A stretch of DNA of 32,000 nucleotides from Cylindrospermopsis raciborskii Cr2010 (lineage in GTDB: Bacteria; Cyanobacteriota; Cyanobacteriia; Cyanobacteriales; Nostocaceae): NCBI RefSeq assembly GCF_003367075.2, contig NZ_CP065936.1:1800001-1832000 (forward strand), given 5' to 3'. The notes below the pieces were generated by a model. The model had not been told where the DNA came from. It did no database searches and saw nothing but the letters and a program-made list of their open reading frames with translations. The translations under genes and the position numbers were made by a program. Shown piece by piece: positions 8,450 through 19,028 of the stretch. How positions within the stretch are numbered: the stretch's first letter is position 1; every line of letters begins with the position of its first letter.

Positions 8450-9292
8450 CTATCTTAATCGCATTTGATATGCCAACAGAGCCATACCTAACATTCCCAC
8501 AATACCTTGAAAGGGATTATTATTAACACCTGTTACCCAATCGGGAACTACTCCTGAAGGTTGAACCAGTCCCCCCACATTAATAATATAGTATCCCCAG
8601 ACCAGTCCACCATGTAAACCCATAGGTAAACCTAATCTTCCTCTTTTCTTATGCTTTCCCCACACTTGAGTTAAGCCTAGTAATACTAAAGCTGGAAATT
8701 GCGGTAAGGTACTAACAATAGCTGATATTGGTCGAATGAAATGGGCAACTGCGAATAAAATGGCATTTATTGCCGTGGATAAACGGGGATCATAATCTCG
8801 GTTCAGCTCATCTAGCAACCAACCACGAAATAATAATTCTTCTGCAAAACCAATACCACCAGCAACTAGTAAGCCTTCTAAAACGATTTGAACTATAAAT
8901 GCTTTTGGTGGTTGCCATAGGATCCAACCCAATAAACCTTGTACTCCAAATAATAGTATAATACTCAATACTCCTAGACTTAAACCCTGGCAGAAATCTA
9001 CACCATTTAAGCTAGACAGTTCTAAACCATAGTCAGTTAGTATTTTGTCTCTTTGATAAATTTTTTTCCCCCACAACCTCACCAAGAAAATAAACTCTCC
9101 ATACAGCAAGACCATGGTGAAAATGCTTTCTAAGTTGCCATCCTCCACCAATAAGTATATGGGTATGGCAAAAGGCAACCATAATACTAACAAACACAAA
9201 ATAAAACAACCCACCCTCTGTGGAGCAGGTCTTTGGGAAATCCACAAAGCTATTTTGCTAGGTCTAAACATTTTAATATTATTTTCTATCAC
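8450..9292 (-). CDS. CPBP family intramembrane glutamic endopeptidase (CAAX protease-like)
   Basis: EELLFRG motif, INAILFAVAH, multiple TMs; GTG at 9292 or ATG at 9271. Confidence 0.85.
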   Translation of the reverse strand: MIENNIKMFRPSKIALWISQRPAPQRVGCFILCLLVLWLPFAIPIYLLVEDGNLESIFTMVLLYGEFIFLVRLWGKKIYQRDKILTDYGLELSSLNGVDFCQGLSLGVLSIILLFGVQGLLGWILWQPPKAFIVQIVLEGLLVAGGIGFAEELLFRGWLLDELNRDYDPRLSTAINAILFAVAHFIRPISAIVSTLPQFPALVLLGLTQVWGKHKKRGRLGLPMGLHGGLVWGYYIINVGGLVQPSGVVPDWVTGVNNNPFQGIVGMLGMALLAYQMRLR

Positions 9293-9573
9293 TAATCATC
9301 GGGTTCAATGGTGCTAGTAAGACCATAATTATTTAAACTTTCACAATAAAATTCAGCATGCTCCAAAGCGCAGCTTATAACTAAAGCTAAACCATGACTA
9401 TGGGCTTCCATCATAATGGAAATAGCTTGAGGTTGGGTAAGACTAGGTATGGTGGAAAGGAGTACCTGAACGACATACTCCATGGAATTATAGTCGTCAT
9501 TGTGCAGCAAAACGCGATAACGGGGCGCCAGCTTGCGGGTTGTGGAGGGTTTTTCAATGGTTTCGACTGACAC
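9292..9573 (-). CDS. clpS: ATP-dependent Clp protease adaptor protein ClpS
   Basis: YRVLLHNDDYNSMEYVVQVL ... MMEAHSHGLALVISCALEHAEFYCESLNNYGL: hallmark ClpS sequence. Confidence 0.93.
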   Translation of the reverse strand: MSVETIEKPSTTRKLAPRYRVLLHNDDYNSMEYVVQVLLSTIPSLTQPQAISIMMEAHSHGLALVISCALEHAEFYCESLNNYGLTSTIEPDD

Positions 9574-9771
9574 TGCTCTTGAATGATTGTGGATTTACTA
9601 CATTTGGAAGTTTGGGTTTGCTCCCACTACCCATTATATTCTATTATATTCCACAATTTTGGCGATCGCGTTTATGGGAAGTGGAGAGGGAAGAATTCAG
9701 GATAGCTCCACTTACCATAAGTATTACGGGCGATCGCATTTTTAGTGTTATATAGTCTAGGCGTAAAAAGT

Positions 9772-9963
9772 CTAGTATGGAACCACCTGAACTCTACCTG
9801 CATCCATTTCTGCCATTAATAGCTCTAGAGCTTCGTAGTCAACGTCTGAAATATAACCTAATTGAGTGAGTTCCGAATTAATCTGATTCTCAATTTCCAG
9901 TGTCAGCTTTTTTGTTTCCAGAGCCTTTTCCACAAGCTGACGTATTGCGTATTTTGTGTTCAT
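9772..9963 (-). CDS. Small hypothetical protein (63 aa)
   Basis: Plausible acidic helical ORF, MNTKYAIRQLVEKALETKKLTLEIENQINSELTQLGYISDVDYEALELLMAEMDAGRVQVVPY. Confidence 0.6.
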   Translation of the reverse strand: MNTKYAIRQLVEKALETKKLTLEIENQINSELTQLGYISDVDYEALELLMAEMDAGRVQVVPY

Positions 9964-10291
9964 AGCTAACTAACTAGTTGTAATTATTACTCATTAACTG
10001 AAATTAAAACACTCGTTCACACTCCTAGAGCTGGAGATTGGTTTGTAGTTGGCGAATAAAAAAGAGCGGACATATTTAGATAGAGGTGAATTTTAGCATA
10101 TAAAAAAATAATTAACTAAAATTCCAACTTTTTTTAATATTTTTTTTGCTTATTGATTTTCTTTTCCCATATAGCTGGAATTTGGTAAAATGGAGGTGTA
10201 GAATTGTAAGAAGTATTTGACCGAAAAAAGTTCCCTTTGTTAAGATGATGGACAATAGCTACTAATTAACTCCAAAATAATAAATCGTAAA

Positions 10292-12898
10292 GTGACTGTT
10301 TCAGTAAAAGAACTAATAACACCGGACATTTTAAAACCAGCACGCTACTTAGGGAATGAGTACTTAGCAACACATAAACCCTGGGAACAGGCTAGAGTGA
10401 GATGGGTTTTAAGCTACCCAGAAGTGTATGAGGTAGGAGCTTCCAACCTAGGACACGTTATCCTATATAACATCCTCAATGCCCAGCGGAATCAACTGTG
10501 TGACCGATCTTACCTCCCCGCGCCCGATCTAGGTGCAAAATTGCGTCAAACCCAAACACCCCTGTTTGCAGTAGAGTCAAAACGCCAGTTAAAAGACTTC
10601 GATATTATCGGATTTAGCCTCAGCTATGAACTGGGGGCGACAAATATCCTGGAAATGTTAGATTTAGCGGGAATACCGCTCATGCGGGAACAAAGGGGAG
10701 GGGAATACCCCTTAATCTTTGCTGGTGGACAAACAGCAACGTCAAACCCCGAACCTTACACTGACTTTTTTGATTTTATCGCACTGGGTGATGGAGAGGA
10801 ACTACTACCAGAAATTGGACTGGTGATAGAAGAGGGTAAAGCAGGGGGTCTAAGTCGAGAAGAATTGCTGTGGGATTTAGCACAAATTCCAGGTGTGTAT
10901 GTGCCACAGTTTTACGAAATGACAAATGGTCAAATAAGAGCTTTGCGACCGGATGTACCGCAAAGAATTATTAGAAGAGTAGCAGTGCCCATACCTGCTT
11001 ACTCTATAGGTCTAGTGCCATATATGGAAACAGTGCATGATCGGTTAACAATAGAAATTAGAAGAGGTTGTACCCGTGGTTGTAGATTTTGTCAACCAGG
11101 GATGTTGACAAGGCCAGCCAGGGATGTGGAGCCAGAAAAAGTGGTAGAAGCCATAGTTGATGGAATGCACAAAACAGGCTATAATGAGTTCTCACTATTA
11201 TCTTTAAGTTGTTCCGATTATTTATCTCTACCTGCAGTGGGGATGGAAATCAAAAACCGTCTAAAGAATGAAAATATTACCCTGTCTTTACCTTCCCAAA
11301 GAGTGGATAGATTCGATGAAAATATTGCTAACATATTAGGAGGGACAAGACAAGGGAGCTTGACCTTCGCACCGGAGGCGGGTAGTCAACGGATGCGCGA
11401 TATTATTAACAAAGGTCTGACCAACGAAGAGTTATTGCGGGGCATAAAAACAGCTTGGGAAAAAGGTTGGGATAAAATTAAGTTGTACTTTATGATTGGA
11501 CTGCCAGGGGAAACGGATGCGGATATCCTGGCCATAGCAGAAACCGTCAGATGGTTACAACGAGAATGTCGCGCTCAGGATAGAAGGTCTATCAACTTTA
11601 ACCTGACAGTCTCTAATTTTACCCCTAAACCTCACACACCTTTTCAGTGGCATTCTGTTTCCACATCAGAATTTGTCCGCAAGCAAAACCTACTCAAACA
11701 AGAATTTCGCCGAACCAGGAATGTAAAGGTAAATTTTACCGATGTTCGTCTTTCTGCAATGGAAGACTTTATTGGTAGGGGAGATCGGACTTTAGGGAAG
11801 GTTCTCAAACGAGCATGGGAATTGGGTGCAGGAATGGACTCCTGGTATGACAGCGTGGAAACTGCTTTTCGAGCTTGGGGAGAAGCTATCTCTCAAGCAG
11901 GACTAAACTGGAAATACCGCCAGGTAGAAAATGGTGAATGGAATGTAATGGAAATGGGAGATGACAATCTCATTAACTTCGATTCCCTGCTGGAAGCAGC
12001 TTTACCATGGGATCATATAGATACCGGGATTGATAAAAGGTGGTTACAGGAAGATCTTAAACGGGCTTTAGCTGCGGCGATCGTTCCCGATTGTTCTTTT
12101 GAGGGTTGTTCCCATTGCGGTGTCTGTAGCACAGATTTCGGTCACAATGTGGTAATTGAACCCCACCCCATACCAGAGTTCGCAGGCGATTTTGTTCCTA
12201 ATACCACCAGGGTGCAAAGGTTAAGAGTGTGGTTCGGTAAACAAGATGATATGGCTTTGGTCGGTCACTTGGATTTGATGCGGTTATTTGATAGGGTAAT
12301 TAGAAGAGCGGGTTTACCAATTGCTTTTACTGGAGGATTTCATCCCCACCCCCGCATTGCTCTAGCAAGTGCTTTGTCTTTGGGTAGCACCAGCAGTGGG
12401 GAAATTTTGGACCTGGAATTAACCCAATCCATGAATTTAGAAGACTTTCGTCACCAATTGGTACGCCAACTTCCCTCCAATATCCCCCTATATCAAGTCC
12501 AAGAAATAGACTTGTCATCACCTGCTGCTAATCAATCTATGGTAGCAGCTGAATACCTGCTCACCATTTCTACTTCAGAACTGATTGACGCACAAATATG
12601 GCAAAATTGGATAGAATCCATACTAGCTAGAAGAGAGATTTTGTCAGAACATCGGACAAAGTCCGGGAAGCAGCAAATCATAAATCTGCGCGATCGCCTG
12701 TTTGAGTTAAGTCTAGTCAAATTAGAAAACTCATCAGTGGAATCTGAAGCCATAGTGCGTTATTTGGGTAGCTGTCGTCATGATGGTGTGATCTTGCGTC
12801 CTGAGCAAATATTGTTTATGCTGGAGATGGTAACCAGTGTAAAATTTCAACTTTTGCATATCCACCGCAATCGGATAGTTTTGGGAACCGCAAATTAG
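10292..12898 (+). CDS. TIGR03960-type B12-binding-like radical SAM protein with C-terminal DUF2344/TIGR03936-like domain
   Basis: EIRRGCTRGCRFCQPGM motif; C-terminal LRVWFGKQDDMALVGHLDLMRLFDRVIRRAGLPIAFTGGFHPHPRI. Confidence 0.9.
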   Translation: MTVSVKELITPDILKPARYLGNEYLATHKPWEQARVRWVLSYPEVYEVGASNLGHVILYNILNAQRNQLCDRSYLPAPDLGAKLRQTQTPLFAVESKRQLKDFDIIGFSLSYELGATNILEMLDLAGIPLMREQRGGEYPLIFAGGQTATSNPEPYTDFFDFIALGDGEELLPEIGLVIEEGKAGGLSREELLWDLAQIPGVYVPQFYEMTNGQIRALRPDVPQRIIRRVAVPIPAYSIGLVPYMETVHDRLTIEIRRGCTRGCRFCQPGMLTRPARDVEPEKVVEAIVDGMHKTGYNEFSLLSLSCSDYLSLPAVGMEIKNRLKNENITLSLPSQRVDRFDENIANILGGTRQGSLTFAPEAGSQRMRDIINKGLTNEELLRGIKTAWEKGWDKIKLYFMIGLPGETDADILAIAETVRWLQRECRAQDRRSINFNLTVSNFTPKPHTPFQWHSVSTSEFVRKQNLLKQEFRRTRNVKVNFTDVRLSAMEDFIGRGDRTLGKVLKRAWELGAGMDSWYDSVETAFRAWGEAISQAGLNWKYRQVENGEWNVMEMGDDNLINFDSLLEAALPWDHIDTGIDKRWLQEDLKRALAAAIVPDCSFEGCSHCGVCSTDFGHNVVIEPHPIPEFAGDFVPNTTRVQRLRVWFGKQDDMALVGHLDLMRLFDRVIRRAGLPIAFTGGFHPHPRIALASALSLGSTSSGEILDLELTQSMNLEDFRHQLVRQLPSNIPLYQVQEIDLSSPAANQSMVAAEYLLTISTSELIDAQIWQNWIESILARREILSEHRTKSGKQQIINLRDRLFELSLVKLENSSVESEAIVRYLGSCRHDGVILRPEQILFMLEMVTSVKFQLLHIHRNRIVLGTAN

Positions 12899-13210
12899 GT
12901 CCAGTTACATCAGTGAATTTATTAAGTCAGAGAGTGTCAACAGAAAATAGGGTGGAAAACCCAGTTTGTTGAGCAGGACTTTTTGATAGAATGCTCCTAG
13001 ATTGGTAGACCCAAGGTCTCCAAACTCTTAGCAATGATCAAGCGTGTGCAACGCAATTACAAAAGGCCATGGGCTTCCTGGTTTGTGAAGCCGTGTCCGT
13101 GAGGAAATTTTTATTACCAGTAGCAGTCCTAGGGCTACCAGTAGGGGCTAGAGGTATAAAATAAGCTCCTCCTAATCCCCATTGGTGCTGCCAATTTTTG
13201 AGGAACTTGA

Positions 13211-15307
13211 ATGCCAAAACAAATTATTATCGCAGAACAGCATCAAATTGCTGCCGTATTTTCCGAAGATCAAATACAAGAACTAGTTGTAGCAACTGGT
13301 CATCACCAGATTGGTGATATCTATTTAGGGGTTGTGGAGAATGTATTACCGGGTATAGACGCAGCTTTTGTGAATATCGGTGATCCAGAACGTAACGGAT
13401 TTATCCATGTGACCGATCTAGGTCCATTAAAGATTAAACGTAGTTCCGCAGCAATTACGGAGTTACTGACACCACAACAGAAAGTGTTAGTACAAGTAAT
13501 GAAGGAACCTACAGGAACAAAAGGTCCCAGACTAACCGGTAATATTACTATGCCGGGACGTTATGTAGTTCTCATGCCCTATGGAAAGGGTGTAAACCTA
13601 TCCAGACGGATTAAGAGCGAAAGTGAACGGAACCGTCTTCGCGCTCTAGCTATACTCATCAAACCTGCTGGTATGGGCATATTAGTGCGAACAGAGGCAG
13701 AAGGTAAACCAGAGGAAGCTATAATTGAAGACTTAGAATTGCTACAAAAGCAATGGGAAGTCATTCAGCAGGAAGCAGCATCCACGAGAGCGCCATCTTT
13801 ATTAAATCGAGATGACGACTTCATTCAGAGGGTACTGCGGGATATGTATGGTGCGGACGTAAACCGTATTGTAGTGGATTCCAGTACAGGGTTAAGAAGA
13901 GTTAAACAATATTTACAAAATTGGAGTGGAGGACAGACACCCCAGGGTGTACTACTGGATCATCATCGTGACAGGTCACCGATTTTAGAATATTTTCGCA
14001 TTAATGCTGCTATTAGAGAAGCATTACGTCCTAGGGTAGATTTGCCCTCTGGGGGTTACATTATCATTGAACCGACGGAAGCACTAACAGTAATTGATGT
14101 GAACTCGGGTTCTTTTACCCGCTCTGCAACAGCTAGAGAAACCGTGCTGTGGACAAACTGCGAAGCAGCAACGGAAATAGCGCGTCAACTGAGACTGAGA
14201 AATATTGCTGGCGTAATTGTAGTAGATTTCATCGACATGGAATCAAGACGCGACCAACTGCAAGTTTTAGAGCACTTTAATAAGACCCTGAAAGCAGATA
14301 AAGCTCGTCCTCAAATTGCCCAACTAACAGAATTAGGTCTAGTAGAACTGACGCGTAAACGTCAAGGTCAAAATATTTATGAACTGTTTGGTGAAAGCTG
14401 TCCCACTTGTGGTGGTTTAGGACACATCGTCCATCTACCAGGGGAGGTAGAAAACCGCATGCCCATACCCGCTGCGGAAGCGCCAGAAAAGTTTACCCCA
14501 GCCCAACCTAGGGAAATTAGAACCCCAGTAGTGCGTGCCCCAGAAATTAGAGAAAATCGGGAGATATTTGATAGCTTTGGTGAAGCGTTTGACACCGATT
14601 CTGAAGTTGGTAATCTAGTCAACCATCCCAGCTATCAAGAGTTGGGAGATCACAAACGTCGTACTCGCACCCGTCGCAGTCGCATTGGTGGTGCTAACCT
14701 CAAAGAGGAAAGCAGACCAGAGGTTTCTGGATTTGGTGGCGAGATGGATTTGGAAGCTGACACAGAAATCACTCCCATGGTCGACATACCCTCCCTGCTA
14801 TCAGAAAGTCTGTTGGTAAAAGAATCTCCCAACGCACCAAGCTTTGGTAGGGTGGGATGGACTGAAAGACCAGAGAGAACTAAAGTCAAAATAGAACCAA
14901 TTAAACCAGTGATAGAGCCACCCCGAATCGTTGAGGTGGAAATGACGAACCAGGAACAGGATATGTTTGCCTTGATGGGAATTTCTCCCGGTGTTAAATT
15001 AGAGACGGAGGCAAAAACTCCCAAGTCAGTAATTTATAATATTATGCAACCAGGGGAAATTACATCTGATGCAGGTGAGTTTAATATGGATTCTATGCTT
15101 GAGGAAAAGCCTAAATTGGAATTTCCTAAGGTCAAACTTCCTACATCAAAAATCCCTTTAGAGGAATTTTCTCGCCCCCAAATGGCAATTGAGTCCCCCA
15201 CGGAGGAATTATTGGGCAATATAGGTTTTGAACCTCTATCAGAGGACGAAGAATCTAACTATTCTCCTACCCGTCGTCGTCGTCGTCGTCCCTCCGCTCA
15301 AGAGTAA
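13211..15307 (+). CDS. rne: Ribonuclease E/G
   Basis: MPKQIIIAEQHQIAAVFSEDQIQELVV, S1-like domain, FIDMESRRDQ, CPTCGG zinc-link; acidic/basic C-terminal tail ending RRRRRRPSAQE; followed by rnhB. Confidence 0.95.
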   Translation: MPKQIIIAEQHQIAAVFSEDQIQELVVATGHHQIGDIYLGVVENVLPGIDAAFVNIGDPERNGFIHVTDLGPLKIKRSSAAITELLTPQQKVLVQVMKEPTGTKGPRLTGNITMPGRYVVLMPYGKGVNLSRRIKSESERNRLRALAILIKPAGMGILVRTEAEGKPEEAIIEDLELLQKQWEVIQQEAASTRAPSLLNRDDDFIQRVLRDMYGADVNRIVVDSSTGLRRVKQYLQNWSGGQTPQGVLLDHHRDRSPILEYFRINAAIREALRPRVDLPSGGYIIIEPTEALTVIDVNSGSFTRSATARETVLWTNCEAATEIARQLRLRNIAGVIVVDFIDMESRRDQLQVLEHFNKTLKADKARPQIAQLTELGLVELTRKRQGQNIYELFGESCPTCGGLGHIVHLPGEVENRMPIPAAEAPEKFTPAQPREIRTPVVRAPEIRENREIFDSFGEAFDTDSEVGNLVNHPSYQELGDHKRRTRTRRSRIGGANLKEESRPEVSGFGGEMDLEADTEITPMVDIPSLLSESLLVKESPNAPSFGRVGWTERPERTKVKIEPIKPVIEPPRIVEVEMTNQEQDMFALMGISPGVKLETEAKTPKSVIYNIMQPGEITSDAGEFNMDSMLEEKPKLEFPKVKLPTSKIPLEEFSRPQMAIESPTEELLGNIGFEPLSEDEESNYSPTRRRRRRPSAQE

Positions 15308-15356
15308 ATCCCCTGTTCATTTTCAAACTCCTTGTTTATCCTAGATTCTGGTTTTT

Positions 15357-15998
15357 ATGGAATCAAATTGGCAGGAATTGTCTGACCACTGGAACCAGGA
15401 AGGGTGGATTGCTGGTGTGGATGAGGTGGGGCGCGGAGCTTTATTTGGGCCCGTAGTCGCTGCTGCAGTTATCTTGCCAAACTCCGCTTTATCAATACTG
15501 GTTGAATCTAAAATTAAGGATAGTAAGCAGCTATCTGTTTCTCGTAGACATTACCTAGCACAGCAAGTCGCCCAATTAGCTGTGGAATGGAAAATCGGTT
15601 ATGCTACCACTGCGGAAATTGATAGGTTAAATATTTTGCAAGCTACTCTGTTGGCAATGAAACGGGCTGTCCTCAAACTCAAGTCCCAGCCCTCTCTTTG
15701 TCTTGTGGATGGTAATCAATTTATTCGTGATTTACTAATAGAGCAGCAAACTATTATACAGGGTGACAGGCGATCGCTCAACATAGCAGCTGCCAGTATT
15801 ATGGCTAAAGTGTGGCGGGATGATTTAGTGGTGCGATTAGGCAAGAAGTATGATATGTATGATTTACACCGTAATAAGGGGTATGGGAGTAGGAAACACT
15901 TATTAGCTTTACAAAAGTATGGGCCGTCTCCCCTGCATCGACGGAGTTTTAGTCCCTGTCAGGTGAGGGGAGATATCAACTTTAAAAGTCAACTTTGA
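15357..15998 (+). CDS. rnhB: Ribonuclease HII
   Basis: GVDEVGRGALFGPVVAAAVILP, DSKQLS, AAASIMAKVWRD, GYGSRKHLLAL. Confidence 0.95.
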   Translation: MESNWQELSDHWNQEGWIAGVDEVGRGALFGPVVAAAVILPNSALSILVESKIKDSKQLSVSRRHYLAQQVAQLAVEWKIGYATTAEIDRLNILQATLLAMKRAVLKLKSQPSLCLVDGNQFIRDLLIEQQTIIQGDRRSLNIAAASIMAKVWRDDLVVRLGKKYDMYDLHRNKGYGSRKHLLALQKYGPSPLHRRSFSPCQVRGDINFKSQL

Positions 15999-16572
15999 GG
16001 ATAGAGATATCGGTGTTATCATTAGTTGTCTGATTGATTTCCATTTGTGAACTTACCCAGGAACGGTAATCAGCAAGAAGATGGTGGGATATTCGTTGTT
16101 TAATTGTGAGTAGAACACTCTTGAGCAGACCATTACCAGAGGTTTCCAAAATCGCCTTGGGAGTTAGGGAAAAGGGGTAAGGAATATCCACCAAAACTTC
16201 TAGATCCGCTTTACCTTCTAATCGGGTATGATCAGCATCATGGTGAGGGGAGAGATACCCCTTTAAATTCAGAGCAAACCGCTGGTTAACATATTCAAAA
16301 CCCCGGATTTCACATCCTTGTGAACATAGATATATGGTTCCGTTGGCATCCGCCCAAACTCTCATATCTACTATAGGTTGGATATTTAATGACATGAAAG
16401 TTAAAGGACGCATTTTAAGACGAAACACTTCTTCGGAGATATGTTGAACTCTACTGTTATCAACCATAGTATTGACTAAGCGATGGGGCTGACGTAAGTA
16501 GTGCTGAATGGGGATGGACTGTTTAGGAACAGCAATTGTAACCGATTGGGAAGCAGTGAACTTAGTAGCCAT
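15982..16572 (-). CDS. DUF1997-like conserved cyanobacterial protein
   Basis: 196 aa, MATKFTASQSVTIAVPKQSIPIQHYLRQPHRLVNTMVDNSRVQ... Confidence 0.75.
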   Translation of the reverse strand: MATKFTASQSVTIAVPKQSIPIQHYLRQPHRLVNTMVDNSRVQHISEEVFRLKMRPLTFMSLNIQPIVDMRVWADANGTIYLCSQGCEIRGFEYVNQRFALNLKGYLSPHHDADHTRLEGKADLEVLVDIPYPFSLTPKAILETSGNGLLKSVLLTIKQRISHHLLADYRSWVSSQMEINQTTNDNTDISILKVDF

Positions 16573-16659
16573 AGATTAAGGCGATATTTACAAATATTCA
16601 CAATTGTAACGTTTTTTGGTAGGGGAGGATAGGTGGATATCATCACATCAAGCGAAGAA

Positions 16660-17532
16660 ATGAACATTGGGTATTTAGGACCACCGGGCACTTATTCGGA
16701 ACAAGCAGCTTCGTTTTATTTAAACTGGATTAAGGGAAATCAAGAATTTAAGGGAGAAGTCATTCTACGTCCATGTCCAACTATAGCTAAAGCACTACAG
16801 GCTGTAACAGTTCAAGAAGTTAATTTGGCAGTGGTTCCCGTGGAAAATTCCATTGAGGGAAGTGTAAGTATGACTATGGATAATTTATGGCAGTTGGAAA
16901 ATTTACAGATTAAACAAGCTTTAGTGCTGCCAATTAACCATTGTTTAATTTCCTGTGCTACCAAATTAGAAGATATTGAAATAGTTTATTCCCATCCTCA
17001 AGCATTAGCACAATGTCAAGGGTGGTTAGGGAAATTTCTCCCCCAAGCAAATTTAAGTGCAACTAGTTCCACCACTCAAGCTTTGGAAAAGCTGGGTAAA
17101 TCACCAACAACAGCAGCTATTTCCTCGGAGAAAGCAGCTCAAATGTATGATTTACCCATATTGAGTGACAGAATTAATGACTATCCTGACAACTGTACGA
17201 GATTTTGGGTGGTAGCACCAGAAAGTGGGGGGGGAAGTTCTTCAAGTTCATCAACCCACACATCCTTAGCATTTAGTGTCCCGGCCAATATTCCCGGTGC
17301 ATTAGTTAAAGTATTACAAGTATTTGCGGATTTAGGAATTAATTTGAGCCGAATTGAATCTCGTCCTACCAAACGCTCTTTGGGGGAATACCTGTTTTTT
17401 CTCGATATAGAAGCCAGTGTTTTCTCATCGTTAATGACTACTGCTCTAAAAAATATAAGTATTAATGTTGAAATATTAAAAATATTTGGTAGTTATACAG
17501 TCTTAACAGTTGATTCAGATAAAATCAAATAA
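16660..17532 (+). CDS. pheA: Prephenate dehydratase
   Basis: [30 protein letters not shown]-terminal ACT domain [30 protein letters not shown] at 16660 preferred over GTG at 16633. Confidence 0.93.
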   Translation: MNIGYLGPPGTYSEQAASFYLNWIKGNQEFKGEVILRPCPTIAKALQAVTVQEVNLAVVPVENSIEGSVSMTMDNLWQLENLQIKQALVLPINHCLISCATKLEDIEIVYSHPQALAQCQGWLGKFLPQANLSATSSTTQALEKLGKSPTTAAISSEKAAQMYDLPILSDRINDYPDNCTRFWVVAPESGGGSSSSSSTHTSLAFSVPANIPGALVKVLQVFADLGINLSRIESRPTKRSLGEYLFFLDIEASVFSSLMTTALKNISINVEILKIFGSYTVLTVDSDKIK

Positions 17533-18720
17533 ATAATGGGCCAGTTGCAACTTAGAACAGGAGGAAATATCTAACCGCTCTCCTTTTGTTTTTAAAAACA
17601 CTGCTTGATTATTATCAGAGCCAAAACCACTGTCAGATTTATCAATGGGGTTGGCCACGATAACATCTAAATTCTTCCTTTGTAATTTCTCTTGCGCAGG
17701 GGTGACAATATCCCCAGTTTGTGCTGCAAAACCAATTAGTAATTGATGGGGTTGTTTGATTTTGCCCAGGTGGGCTATTATATCTGATACTGGTGCTAAA
17801 GGTATACTTTCAGGTAAAGAGGACTTAGGGATTTTTTCTGCACTATAATCCCTCGGTTTTACATCCGCAACTGCTGCGGACATAATAATTATATTGGCAA
17901 TGGGAAAATATTCTAACATCACTTCTTGCATTTGTGCTGCACTAATCACCCGTATACCCTTTACCCCCAGGGGAACACTCCAACTGGAAGGACAATGGAC
18001 TAGTGTTACCTCCGCTCCCCTGTGTAGTGCTGCTTGTGCAAGAGCTAATCCCATTTTACCTGTTGCTGGATTGCCAATAAACCGCACCGGATCTAAATAT
18101 TCCCTAGTTCCTCCCCCACTAATCAAAACTTGTTTTCCCCTTAAATCTCTTTTCCCTTGAGTATGTAATAAAGATTTCACCCAAACCTCTATTTCCTCCG
18201 GTTCCGCCATTCTCCCCGCCCCCGTGCGATCGCACGCTAATAGTCCCTGAGCGGTTTGCATAGCATAAAACCGAGGATTTGTCAATATTTGTTGCCAATT
18301 CCTTTGCACTGTGATCTGTTCCCACATATCGGTATTCATAGCAGGTGCTAAAAGTATGGGACAGGTAGAAGCTAAAACCGTATTTGTTAATAAGTTATCA
18401 GCTATGCCATAAGCCAATTTAGCTATAGTATTGGCTGTTAAAGGAGCAATAACCATAAGATCGGCCCACTCTCCCAATTCTATATGGAGCGGACGGGAGT
18501 AGATTGGTTGCCAAAAGTCATCATCAGTATAAGCCTGATGGCGAGACAGGGTAGAAACAGTTAGGGGAGTAATGAATTTTTGAGCTGAATTAGTGAGGAT
18601 AACTCTTAGTTCCACTTGTGATTGGAACAGGGTGGAAATTAACTGACAAACCTTATAAGCTGCGATACCACCTCCCACAGCAACAATGACCTTTTTTCTT
18701 TCCGAATTGCTAGTTGACAT
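17515..18720 (-). CDS. coaBC: Bifunctional phosphopantothenoylcysteine decarboxylase/phosphopantothenate-cysteine ligase
   Basis: [51 protein letters not shown] at 18720 preferred over TTG at 18744. Confidence 0.95.
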   Translation of the reverse strand: MSTSNSERKKVIVAVGGGIAAYKVCQLISTLFQSQVELRVILTNSAQKFITPLTVSTLSRHQAYTDDDFWQPIYSRPLHIELGEWADLMVIAPLTANTIAKLAYGIADNLLTNTVLASTCPILLAPAMNTDMWEQITVQRNWQQILTNPRFYAMQTAQGLLACDRTGAGRMAEPEEIEVWVKSLLHTQGKRDLRGKQVLISGGGTREYLDPVRFIGNPATGKMGLALAQAALHRGAEVTLVHCPSSWSVPLGVKGIRVISAAQMQEVMLEYFPIANIIIMSAAVADVKPRDYSAEKIPKSSLPESIPLAPVSDIIAHLGKIKQPHQLLIGFAAQTGDIVTPAQEKLQRKNLDVIVANPIDKSDSGFGSDNNQAVFLKTKGERLDISSCSKLQLAHYLFDFI

Positions 18721-18742
18721 GAAATTGGTACAAATGAAAATC

Positions 18743-18775
18743 AAAACTACCCAAGATCTAGATCTGGGTAGTTTT
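18743..18775 (-). terminator. Strong near-perfect hairpin between psbT and coaBC
   Basis: AAAACTACCC a AGATCTAGATCT GGGTAGTTTT: long inverted repeat with U tract on either strand. Confidence 0.85.
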
Positions 18776-18806
18776 GAGTGATTTTTGAGCGGTTCAACCC
18801 TAAGTA

Positions 18807-18914
18807 TTACTCTTTGGGTTTTCTTTCAAAGCGAGGAGGTTCACGAAAGGCGATCGCAAAGAATAGAACACCTATTGCTAAAGCCAAAATTAAAATGTAT
18901 GCAACGCTTTCCAT
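18807..18914 (-). CDS. psbT: Photosystem II reaction center protein T
   Basis: Hand translation [35 protein letters not shown] (35 aa), immediately downstream of psbB; too short for the ORF track. Confidence 0.97.
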   Translation of the reverse strand: MESVAYILILALAIGVLFFAIAFREPPRFERKPKE

Positions 18915-19028
18915 GTTAGGATTTCCTATCAGGGTAGTATTTTGATTTTATCAAACACAGTGAAAACCGGGAGGTTTGGTCACCAATTGACATTAAACAG
19001 GCCCGGTGGCAAAAAGTAGGAAGTCTGA

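Noticed and set aside
9633-9652. ATTATATTCT/ATTATATTCC tandem near-repeat upstream of clpS
   Set aside because: Short and AT-rich; expected by chance in this composition.
9540-9755. 71-aa plus-strand ORF overlapping clpS start and its upstream region
   Set aside because: Antisense to clpS for part of its length and contains low-complexity AT-rich intergenic DNA.
14377-15219. Several minus-strand ORFs inside rne (14377..14622, 14650..15024, 15034..15219)
   Set aside because: Antisense shadows of the repetitive, low-constraint RNase E C-terminal tail; no independent support.
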